DNA of 55,153 nucleotides from Patescibacteria group bacterium (GTDB lineage Bacteria; Patescibacteriota; Minisyncoccia; UBA6257; 02-FULL-45-10c): NCBI GenBank assembly GCA_018969615.1, contig JAGWYA010000006.1, positions 1 to 55,153 of the forward strand, read 5' to 3'. Shown piece by piece: positions 1 to 8,189 of this stretch (position 1 is its first letter; each line of letters starts with the position of its first letter). The notes under the pieces were generated by a model. It saw only the letters and a program-made list of their open reading frames with translations, ran no database searches and was not told where the DNA came from. The position numbers and the translations under genes were made by a program.

Positions 1-28
1 GCTAAATGCCGAGGGAGTCGGTGACCTG

Positions 29-1573
29 TTGAAAAAGGATATCTCGAAGAGGTTGCAGGTGTATGTGGATGCGGCCGATGCGTTCTTCGAGCGGGCGAGA
101 CTCGATCAGCATTACACTTACTCATTTTTGCGTGGGATTGAGGGGGCGCTAAAGGACCATCCGGACATTGCGAGAAATACAAGCTGGGACGGGATATTGA
201 GTCTGGCTGAGAGCATAATGAAGTCCGGTGAAGCGGCGGCATTCGATAGAAGTAAACGGGAGAGAAATTTCCATGCATGGCTGGCCGACTGGGACGCTGT
301 CCATTCGGGACTGGCTGATGTGATTCGGGGGTTACTGAGCGAGAAGGATGGACGACTTCCGTTGGATTTCCAGCGATACAGGGATAGAATCCGGGTAGTT
401 TTGGGCTACCTTCTCGCCCACCCAGATCCTTCTCCTGCAGACGAGCAGTTGGAGACGGCCAAACACAAAATCAAATCACCAGGTGATGCGGATTATCGGG
501 TTGGCGATCCGTTTACTTCTGCAATCAACTCGGTGCGGGGCCGCGCCTTTCAAGTTCTGGTGATGTTCGCAGATCAGGATGGGAAACGCTTTAAAGGCGA
601 GGAACTTGTAAAAATTTCGAAAGACCTCAAAGAGTTATATGAGGACGTCCTAGGGAAAGAAAATACTCGCGCGATAATGTTTATGTTCGGGCACTATCTC
701 CCGAATTTCTATTTTCGCGATAAAGAATGGATTCTGGGACTCTCGCCCCGAATTTTCCCATCGGAGGGTGCGGCGAAGCAGCTTTATACCGCTGCGTGGG
801 AGGGGTATCTCGCCAACAATCTGTATGGAGCAATGTTCTTCGATCCGGAGATCCAAAAACTCTATATGCGCGGTCTCCCTCTGACCGATGCCGATTATCC
901 CGAGCAAAAGCATTTTAGAGATCCCGACTCTGGAATTGCAGTGCATTTGTCCCTCGCCTTCATGCATTACAAAGAGTTTGGTTTTGATCAGCCACTCTTT
1001 AAGGCGTTCTGGAACAGGGCTGATCCCAATTTACACGCGGAATTTATCAACTTTTTGGGCAGATCATTTGTCTCGGGAAATAGCGCCAGTGCTAACGAGG
1101 TGTTGAAAAAAGACCCGGAAAGCAAAGAGCGTTTGAGGAGGCTGTGGGACTGGCTTCTCGAAAAAAACAAGGACTCGAACCTCTTCGTGAAGTTCGGCTT
1201 CTGGGTCAATTTGAAAAAGGAGATTTTTGAGCCCACCTGGCTCGCAGAGCGAGTCAAAAGCACCCTTGTTAAGACTAATGGAGTCTTGGATTGGGACCGG
1301 GGTCTGGCTGAATCAATAGGTCAGCTTGCGGCTGCGGCGCCAAGGGATTCGTTAGAGATCGCCCGGCTGTATTTGCTTGAAGGTGCGGTCCGGGGCGATG
1401 GCCATAAGCGCTATTTCTTTCTGGATTCGGAATGGGGCGGTGCTCTTGAAACTCTTCACTCCAATCGGGAGACAAAGCCTGCAACCGTCGCATTGATTAA
1501 TGAGCTCATTCGTGAAGGCGGGAGTGCGTTCTGGGGCTTCAAGAAGATAATCGAGACCAAGCCGGAGGCGTAG
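29..1573 (+). CDS. All-alpha (HEAT/TPR-like impression) protein of unknown function; may be 5'-truncated by the window
   Basis: 514-aa ORF with a TTG start at 29. The reading frame is also open from position 2, so the true N-terminus may lie upstream of the window. No catalytic motif recognised. Confidence 0.45.
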   Translation: MKKDISKRLQVYVDAADAFFERARLDQHYTYSFLRGIEGALKDHPDIARNTSWDGILSLAESIMKSGEAAAFDRSKRERNFHAWLADWDAVHSGLADVIRGLLSEKDGRLPLDFQRYRDRIRVVLGYLLAHPDPSPADEQLETAKHKIKSPGDADYRVGDPFTSAINSVRGRAFQVLVMFADQDGKRFKGEELVKISKDLKELYEDVLGKENTRAIMFMFGHYLPNFYFRDKEWILGLSPRIFPSEGAAKQLYTAAWEGYLANNLYGAMFFDPEIQKLYMRGLPLTDADYPEQKHFRDPDSGIAVHLSLAFMHYKEFGFDQPLFKAFWNRADPNLHAEFINFLGRSFVSGNSASANEVLKKDPESKERLRRLWDWLLEKNKDSNLFVKFGFWVNLKKEIFEPTWLAERVKSTLVKTNGVLDWDRGLAESIGQLAAAAPRDSLEIARLYLLEGAVRGDGHKRYFFLDSEWGGALETLHSNRETKPATVALINELIREGGSAFWGFKKIIETKPEA

Positions 1574-1677
1574 GCGAGTGCCGCTACAGATAGGGATTGC
1601 CGGAAATGAGGGGCTCTGTTAGAATATCATCACTGTTGTAGGTTCGGCGAAAATCTTCTGTAAACGAGGGTAAAAAG

Positions 1678-2256
1678 ATGCGGGGAATTCCTGCGATCAT
1701 TGCGCTTTTTGCGGCTTTTGTGGTTGCCGCGATGCCGTTGCACGCCGAGGCCGGCGTGCCCAAGGGATGGACGCTTCAGGGGTCAAAGCCGAACGATTAT
1801 GTCGTGCAGATGGAGTCTGAAAAGGGACTCCATGGCAGAAGTGTTCTCATTGAAGCCAAGGACGATTCTCAGGGAAATGCGACGCTCATGCAGGCTATCG
1901 AAGCTGATCATTATCGCGGAAAGCGAATTCGCTTTTCTGGCTACATCAAGGGCAATGGCGTGAAGTCGTGGGCGGGCCTTTGGATGCGCGTGAACGATAT
2001 GAACAATCGCGTGACTGTGTTTGACAACACGGAGAAGCGGGGCTTCCACGGGGACGGCGATTGGAAGAAGATGGATATCGTCTTTGATGTTCCGCGCGAG
2101 AGCGAGACCATTTCGTTCGGCGTGCTGCTCTCGGGGGCGGGGAAGATCTGGGTGAGCGGCCTCAAGTTCGAGGTGGTCGGGAAATCGGTGCCTGTCACGG
2201 TCAAGTCGTTTTCTCACGAGCTGAGCAAGACGCCGGTGAACATGGATCTTGAGTAG
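1678..2256 (+). CDS. Secreted beta-sandwich (jelly-roll/CBM-like) protein
   Basis: ATG preceded by a GAGGG ribosome-binding site. N-terminal signal peptide MRGIPAIIALFAAFVVAAMPLHAEA. The rest is beta-rich (AGLWMRV..., ISFGVLLSGAGKIWVSGLKFEVV). Stop lies 17 nt before the next gene. Confidence 0.55.
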   Translation: MRGIPAIIALFAAFVVAAMPLHAEAGVPKGWTLQGSKPNDYVVQMESEKGLHGRSVLIEAKDDSQGNATLMQAIEADHYRGKRIRFSGYIKGNGVKSWAGLWMRVNDMNNRVTVFDNTEKRGFHGDGDWKKMDIVFDVPRESETISFGVLLSGAGKIWVSGLKFEVVGKSVPVTVKSFSHELSKTPVNMDLE

Positions 2257-2272
2257 TAGGTAGGGGCCTCTT

Positions 2273-3307
2273 ATGCGGAGAGCTGCGGCCGTCGGTTCGA
2301 TTGCGCTGACAGTGGTCTTTGCGTTCGCGATTTCTCGCGGTCTTGCGCAATCGGGATCTCGAGAGGCTCCCACTGCTGATGTTGCGTACGGCGACCCCGG
2401 CCATCGCGCCTTCTTTAACTATCAGAAGTTTCTGATAGGTCGTGGTGAGGGCGGGATAACATCGGAACAGTGGCAGTCTCTGGATCGGGAGGCTCGTTCC
2501 CAGCGCATCGGTCGGGAGGAGACGTTCCTTGCAAAGAAGTATAAGGAGCTTTCCGCCAAGACGAATCTGAGCGGCGCCGAGCGTGACTTCTTTGTTGCTG
2601 TCTGGGGGCAGCAGGACTCTTCCGGGAGGGTCAGAGATCGCTCAGGTGAACCTGCCACCCAGCGAATGGCGACCACGGCGATTGCGGGGCGCTTATCAAA
2701 GTTGGCCACCAAAGTCGGCGGTGTGGAGGGTTCTCTCGATACGCTGTATGACGGCGGTCGGCGACATGACGGGGTCGTGGGAGTCCCTGGGCAGAATCGC
2801 CGAGCACAGTACTCCGGAGCCCTTTCTCCGAAGGCTCCCGTGCGATTGGACGCTGTGGCGCCTGTTCCGCTTCCGACCCGCAAAGATGAATCGTCTGGGA
2901 AAGGCGGTATCCCGTGGGGGCTCCTGGGAATGGTGACGGTCGCCCTGCTCCCCATTGCCTATGCATTCGCGAAGCGTGAGGTGAAGAAGGAACTGGCGAG
3001 CGAGTTTGATCTGGACATACGCTTGAGTCCATCTGAAAAATCCTCGGATGATCCGCCTGCGCCTGACGACACAAAGGTCAGTTGCGCAAAGACCTGTGAC
3101 AGCACGTGCCCGGCAACGTGCGAGAATAGTTGCGGGAAGGGCACGTGCGAAGATTCGTGCCCATCGACCTGTTCCGGCACCTGCCAAGACACCTGCCTTG
3201 CGACCTGCGAAGATACGTGCAACTTCACCTGCAAGGATACCTGTCCGAGCACGTGCCCCTGTCCTAAGACAGGCTATACCTGTGGGGACACCTGCGGGTG
3301 TCCCTAG
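2273..3307 (+). CDS. Signal-peptide and TM-anchored protein whose C-terminal tail resembles a class I lanthipeptide precursor (FDLD leader box plus Cys/Thr tetrad-repeat core)
   Basis: N-terminal signal-like MRRAAAVGSIALTVVFAFAISRGLAQS. TM helix GIPWGLLGMVTVALLPIAYAFA (nt 2906-2971) followed by KREVKKE, consistent with positive-inside topology. ELASEFDLDIRLSPSEKSS (FDLD at nt 3005-3016) resembles the subtilin and nisin leader box. The core at nt 3080-3304 has 19 Cys, 17 of them directly preceded by Ser or Thr. The stop overlaps the lanC start. Confidence 0.6.
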   Translation: MRRAAAVGSIALTVVFAFAISRGLAQSGSREAPTADVAYGDPGHRAFFNYQKFLIGRGEGGITSEQWQSLDREARSQRIGREETFLAKKYKELSAKTNLSGAERDFFVAVWGQQDSSGRVRDRSGEPATQRMATTAIAGRLSKLATKVGGVEGSLDTLYDGGRRHDGVVGVPGQNRRAQYSGALSPKAPVRLDAVAPVPLPTRKDESSGKGGIPWGLLGMVTVALLPIAYAFAKREVKKELASEFDLDIRLSPSEKSSDDPPAPDDTKVSCAKTCDSTCPATCENSCGKGTCEDSCPSTCSGTCQDTCLATCEDTCNFTCKDTCPSTCPCPKTGYTCGDTCGCP

Positions 3308-4623
3308 CGGCAACGCGGAACTCGTTGCGCTGGGCGCCCGTCGTTACTTCTAAGGGGGCGGAAGCAGTAATTTGCGCTGCAGCCGAGCGCATCCGCGACC
3401 CGCAGAATATAGCAACAGCCAATGCTCTGGCTGTATGCCAAACCGCGTATCCCGAATCCATCCATTGGCAGGGATATAGCGTAGCCCAGGGCTTCGCGGG
3501 GCTCGCGATTGCGTGCGGATATCTAAATGACTGCTTCCCATCGAAGGGGTGGGATGCGGTCGGCCACCAATATCTCGCACAGGCCGTACGCTCTTTGGAG
3601 CAATCGCAGAATCCTCCGTTGGGCCTTTTCGCCGGTCTAAGCGGAGTCGGGTTTGCGGCCGACTCGCTTTCGGCGGGCGGGAAGCGGTACGGGAAGCTCC
3701 TGGCTAAGATTGATTCGCATCTCCAGGCGAAGGTGCCCGTGTTCTGCGAGGATCTCGTACAACAAAAGCCAGGCTGCGCAGTTGTGCAGTTCGATGTCAT
3801 CTCAGGTCTTGCCGGCATCGGCTTGTATCTGATGATCCGTAGGGAGGGTATCGGCGACGACGCTTTGGTGGCGATACTGGAATGCTTTATCCATCTCTCC
3901 GAGGAAGTCGATGGGTTGCCGCGCTGGCACTCTCCGACGGCGCTGCTCGACAAAAACATGTTGAAGCGGTTCCCCGGAGGGAACATGAATCTGGGCTTGG
4001 CGCATGGCATTGCGGGACCGCTCGCATTGATGTCGAAGGCCGCCGTAAGCGGTGTTCGTGTTCCGGGTCTCGAGGATGCGATTGACCGAATTGTGCGCCG
4101 GCTGCTCAGCGCGCAAGACCACGATGAGTGGGGTGTCGGTTGGCCGGATGCTATTCCTATTTCCGCCGGAGAGCCGAAAGCATCGTTGTCGTACCGCCCG
4201 GCATGGTGTTATGGCACTGCAGGAGTCGCTCGCGCGTTATGGCTGGCCGCCGCGGCATCTGGAGATCGGAGTATTCAGAATATTGCGATTCAGGCGATGG
4301 CTGGGGTGTCCGAACGGCTTGCTCGGGTGCCTGCGGATCTTCCGCCAACGTTTTGCCATGGGAAAGCGGGTCTTTTGCAAATACTGCTCCGCTTCTATCA
4401 GGATACGGGGATGGAAGTGTTCGCTGGAGACGCGCGCCGACTATTCGATCAAATCGTTGCGACATACGATTCTGCGGCGCCGATGGGCTTTTATTGCGTG
4501 GAGCCTGGAAAGCGCCGCGTCGACAACCCGGGTTTTCTTGATGGCGCGCCTGGCGTCGTGTTGACACTCCTGGCGGCGACGAAACCCGTAGAGCCGACAT
4601 GGGATCGGCTGTTCGCAATCTAG
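3298..4623 (+). CDS. lanC: LanC-type lanthionine cyclase
   Basis: The three LanC signature motifs are present: NLGLAHGIAGP (catalytic His), WCYGTAGVARAL (Zn Cys) and FCHGKAGLLQIL (Zn Cys-His). There are repeated G-x-x-G helix-hairpin motifs. The GTG start overlaps the upstream stop by 10 nt. Confidence 0.85.
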   Translation: MSLAATRNSLRWAPVVTSKGAEAVICAAAERIRDPQNIATANALAVCQTAYPESIHWQGYSVAQGFAGLAIACGYLNDCFPSKGWDAVGHQYLAQAVRSLEQSQNPPLGLFAGLSGVGFAADSLSAGGKRYGKLLAKIDSHLQAKVPVFCEDLVQQKPGCAVVQFDVISGLAGIGLYLMIRREGIGDDALVAILECFIHLSEEVDGLPRWHSPTALLDKNMLKRFPGGNMNLGLAHGIAGPLALMSKAAVSGVRVPGLEDAIDRIVRRLLSAQDHDEWGVGWPDAIPISAGEPKASLSYRPAWCYGTAGVARALWLAAAASGDRSIQNIAIQAMAGVSERLARVPADLPPTFCHGKAGLLQILLRFYQDTGMEVFAGDARRLFDQIVATYDSAAPMGFYCVEPGKRRVDNPGFLDGAPGVVLTLLAATKPVEPTWDRLFAI

Positions 4624-4626
4624 GGC

Positions 4627-7600
4627 ATGGCTAAGCGGTCCAAGGCGTATCCCCGCTATGAGCCGTGCGATTTCTTGGCGGTGCGGGCGCCGATGCTGCC
4701 TGTCGATGTGTACTTTTCCCTTAGCAATGCGGCAGAGTTGCGCTCCCTGGCTGCGCGACCGGATATCCGTAGAGCCCTTGCCATCGGGAGTCCCGACCTT
4801 GAAGCGGCTCTGGATAAGTGGCTGCGTTCGGAAAAGCAAGACGCGCATCTTGAGAGCCGGTTGTTGCGATTTCTTATTCGGATGTCAACGCGGCCGACTC
4901 CGTATGGGCTATTCGCCGGAGTCGCGCTCGCTCATTGGGGAAAGACGGATATCTCTTTGAGTGAAGCAGGCTTTTCTACGAGGACTCGCCCCGACATGGA
5001 GTGGCTGTTGGGATTTGTCCGAGAGCTTGAGGAGCGTCCCGAAATTCGGGCGAGTTTGTCTTACTTTGTGAATCCGGGCGTTGGTGTCCGTGACGGGCGG
5101 GTGTATCTTTCGGAGAAATCTCTTCTCGCTGATTCCGCTGAGCCCACCGCGGTCTCCATGAGGGCGAATGCCGCAGTTCAAAGCATTTTGGATGTTGCTC
5201 GTGAGCCCATTCCATATCGGACTCTCCTCGAGCATCTCCAGAAGCGATTCCCACGTCTTGGCATGGATCGCGGCAGAGAAATCCTTGACGCATTGTGGCG
5301 GGAGTCGGTGCTCCTGAGCGAGCTTAGGCCTTCGCTGACTCGGGATGATGTCGCGCAGCGGTTGGCCGATCGCATGGAGCAACTGCCGCTATTGTCTGAT
5401 GTGGCGGCGCGATTCCGGCGATGGCTGGATGCGATGGCTTCTTGGGACCTGTCGGACGAGAAGCCAATCGTGGAGTACCGGAAGTTGTCTGCGGAAGCGG
5501 CAGCAATATGTAAAACAGGTTCCGCAAATCCGATCCAGGTAGACATGCGCTTGTCTCTTGGTGGAAAGAACGTTTCCCGCTCCATTGGCGATGATGCGGC
5601 GCGTGCCGCGGAATTCCTGCTCCAACAGATGCCGCGAGGGTATGAGGACCCCGTCATTGGGCCTTATCGCCATGCCTTCATTGCAAAATACGGCGAAGGC
5701 CCGGGTGTCCCGTTGCTCGAACTCCTCCATCCAGATTACGGATTGGGTCCGCCCACTCATGATGCCAATGCGGCTCAGGGCATCTACGAGCGCAACCGTG
5801 CCGCAAATGGGGCACGAGATAAATTCCTTTCCCAGCTTGCGTTGAATGCTTTGCGAGACGGCAAGATGGTCATTGATTTGGATCGCGAGGCTCAGGAACT
5901 CTTGCGCGGAGGGCCTGGCGATCCTGAGTCCTATCCGCCCTCGCTCGATTTATTCGTATCGGTTGCGGCGGATTCAATCGCTGCCGTAGAGCGAGGTGAA
6001 TACAAAGTTGTTGTTGCGCCGCATGCCGGCAGTCCCGGTGCGGGCAAGAATCTCGGAAGATTTGCAGACTTGCTCGGGAAAGAGGCGCGCAGGGCTCTTG
6101 AAGATGTCGCCTCTTGCGAGTCGCGGCTTTTGCCAGGGCGCATTTTCGCGGAACTGACATACATGCCGCGGAAATTGAGATCGGCGAATGTGTCGATTCG
6201 TCCTCTCGTCAGATCCCATGAAATACTTTGGGGTGTACAACCGGGCGGGGGCTGGGAGCGTGTAGTCCCCTTGGACGAGCTGATTGTTGGGGTCGAGAAG
6301 GGCCGGTTCTTTATTCATTGGCCGCGTGCGAATTCCGATATCGCGATTTGTGCCGGGCATCTTCTAAATAATTCTCGCGCGCCGATAGTGGTTCGGGCCC
6401 TCGCCGAGATGTCGCGCGACAAGATGGCGCATCCGAGCTCATTTCAGTGGGGTTCCGCGGCACAGCTCCCCGTGCTTCCACGGGTGCAGATCGGGCGCGT
6501 TGTGCTTGCTCCGGCCCAATGGCGGCTTACTCGGGAATTTCTCGCGAACCCCGGGGAATGGCGTAAGAGATGGGCGGTGCCCAGATACGTCTACGTCGTT
6601 GAGAACGATAATCGGTTAATCCTCGATCTCGATGATCCGCAGCAATATCGAGAACTTGAAGATGAGCTGAAGGGATTGCCGGTAAACGGGAGGGTTACGC
6701 TGCAGGAGGTGTTCCCCGCATTCAATCATGCCTGGGTGATGGGAGCGCGCGGGCGTTACTTTTCTGAATTTGTCGTTTCGTTGGTTCGTCAGAAATCCCT
6801 GACAGCGCGAGAGCTCGCGGCTTCGGGAGGTGGAACGGACGCGCGAACGCGGCGCCTCGTGTCGCCGAGAGTGTCAAACCAGGAGCGGTTGCGACCCCCT
6901 GGGAGCGACTGGCTATTTGCAAAACTGTATGGAGACGCCGAGGGGGAAGAGTCGCTCATTGCGAATGTGCTGGGTCCGTTCGCAGCGGAGATGGTCCGAT
7001 CAGGGTATGCCGAAGGCTGGCATTATCTTCGTTATAACGACCCAGAGCCTCATGTGCGGCTTCGTTTTAAGGGGAAGCCAGAGACGTTATCGGGCGTCGT
7101 TGTGCCGCGGCTGTTTCGTCTGGCGCAAGACCTGATCGAGAAAAAGGAGCGGCGCAGTCTGGTTGTTGATGCGTACGATCGGGAGATTGAGCGCTACGGC
7201 GGAGTAGTCGGCTTGGCGGAAGTTGAAAAGATATTCTTCGTTGATAGCGTAACAGCTGCGGAACTCATTCGCTTAAAACAATCCGGCGAGATGAAGATGC
7301 CGTTGCTCCATCTCGCGACCTTGAGCATCGACAGCTTCTTGGGGGGCTTGGGAATCCCGGACCAGGAAAAAATTCACTGGTGCCGCGAGTATGGGCTCCC
7401 CCGGGATGCCGGCAGTGCCGAATACCGCAAAGGGCAACGGGAACTGCTAAAGGTATTTGAACGACTCCTGGTGGGCGTGCCTGATGCTGAATGCGGGAAA
7501 GTCGCGAAAATCTTCCGTGATCGGCACGGGAAAATATCCGAAGTCGTCAGCCAGCTTCAAGCGCACGAGAGGGATGGTCGGCTAACAAGGAGTTTGCGCG

Positions 7601-7728
7601 AAATAAGCCATAGCGTCATTCACATCCACTGTAATAGATTGCTGGGTGCCGACAGGGTTGCCGAGCAGGCGGCTGAAGGGCTCCTTGTTCGTATGCGGCT
7701 GAGCCTGGGAAGTAGAAGCCGTCGCTAG
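4627..7728 (+). CDS. lanB: Full-length class I lanthipeptide dehydratase (LanB: glutamylation plus elimination domains)
   Basis: 1033 aa. The N-terminus CDFLAVRAPMLPVDVYFSL is typical of the lantibiotic dehydratase N-domain. The C-terminus WLFAKLYGD...WHYLRYNDPEPHVRLRFKG is typical of the SpaB_C/thiopeptide-type elimination domain. Starts 4 nt after the lanC stop. Confidence 0.85.
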   Translation: MAKRSKAYPRYEPCDFLAVRAPMLPVDVYFSLSNAAELRSLAARPDIRRALAIGSPDLEAALDKWLRSEKQDAHLESRLLRFLIRMSTRPTPYGLFAGVALAHWGKTDISLSEAGFSTRTRPDMEWLLGFVRELEERPEIRASLSYFVNPGVGVRDGRVYLSEKSLLADSAEPTAVSMRANAAVQSILDVAREPIPYRTLLEHLQKRFPRLGMDRGREILDALWRESVLLSELRPSLTRDDVAQRLADRMEQLPLLSDVAARFRRWLDAMASWDLSDEKPIVEYRKLSAEAAAICKTGSANPIQVDMRLSLGGKNVSRSIGDDAARAAEFLLQQMPRGYEDPVIGPYRHAFIAKYGEGPGVPLLELLHPDYGLGPPTHDANAAQGIYERNRAANGARDKFLSQLALNALRDGKMVIDLDREAQELLRGGPGDPESYPPSLDLFVSVAADSIAAVERGEYKVVVAPHAGSPGAGKNLGRFADLLGKEARRALEDVASCESRLLPGRIFAELTYMPRKLRSANVSIRPLVRSHEILWGVQPGGGWERVVPLDELIVGVEKGRFFIHWPRANSDIAICAGHLLNNSRAPIVVRALAEMSRDKMAHPSSFQWGSAAQLPVLPRVQIGRVVLAPAQWRLTREFLANPGEWRKRWAVPRYVYVVENDNRLILDLDDPQQYRELEDELKGLPVNGRVTLQEVFPAFNHAWVMGARGRYFSEFVVSLVRQKSLTARELAASGGGTDARTRRLVSPRVSNQERLRPPGSDWLFAKLYGDAEGEESLIANVLGPFAAEMVRSGYAEGWHYLRYNDPEPHVRLRFKGKPETLSGVVVPRLFRLAQDLIEKKERRSLVVDAYDREIERYGGVVGLAEVEKIFFVDSVTAAELIRLKQSGEMKMPLLHLATLSIDSFLGGLGIPDQEKIHWCREYGLPRDAGSAEYRKGQRELLKVFERLLVGVPDAECGKVAKIFRDRHGKISEVVSQLQAHERDGRLTRSLREISHSVIHIHCNRLLGADRVAEQAAEGLLVRMRLSLGSRSRR

Positions 7729-8139
7729 ATGCGGAAAACGGTTTCACCTGCGTCACGAGTTATAGATGGCGGGAGATGTATGTCTTCAATAGAGATTTGG
7801 GATGGCATCATCATCGGCGCAGTTGGGGGCGCTGCCGCGGGCATTGCGCTCTCACTTTTTGAGCTTCTCAAAAGTAGAATCGCTGAAGAGCGCGATAAGC
7901 GGGCGGTCTATCGGTGGCTCGTGGCTAACACCACCCCGAAGCCGGGGGAGCAATATCGCTCGACCAAAGAAATTGCGAGTTGGACAAATCTCACGATGGA
8001 GCGGGCGCGATACATTTGTAGTGTTCACCCGCAAATTCTTATGAACGCTAGGACGTCCGAGGATATGGATGATCTTTGGAGCGTCCATGACCGGGGTAAT
8101 ATCAGCATCTATGAGAAGCGCGGGCTGTTGGGTCTCTGA
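7729..8139 (+). CDS. Small membrane protein (one TM helix) with a possible winged-helix C-terminal part; unknown function
   Basis: The ATG directly abuts the lanB stop (TAGATG). An alternative start at MSSIEIW is possible. TM segment IIIGAVGGAAAGIALSLFELL. No resemblance to known LanI, LanT or LanP noticed. Confidence 0.4.
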   Translation: MRKTVSPASRVIDGGRCMSSIEIWDGIIIGAVGGAAAGIALSLFELLKSRIAEERDKRAVYRWLVANTTPKPGEQYRSTKEIASWTNLTMERARYICSVHPQILMNARTSEDMDDLWSVHDRGNISIYEKRGLLGL

Positions 8140-8189
8140 ATCGTTTCCCGCCCCCTTGAGCGCTTTCTCGATGAATTCGGGGTAAATGG

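Noticed and set aside
3080-3304. Cys-rich tail read simply as a metallothionein-like metal-binding domain
   Set aside because: This is not excluded, but it is ranked lower. Almost every Cys is preceded by a dehydratable Ser or Thr, an FDLD leader box sits 25 residues upstream, and lanC and lanB are translationally coupled directly downstream. It is kept as the refutation scenario in the findings.
2696-3353. Several long ORFs on both strands across the Cys/Thr repeat (2696-3313 minus, 2959-3252 minus, 3048-3353 plus)
   Set aside because: They are artefacts of the 12-nt periodic, GC-rich repeat, which keeps other frames open. Only the plus-strand frame gives a signal peptide, TM helix, FDLD box and coupling to lanC.
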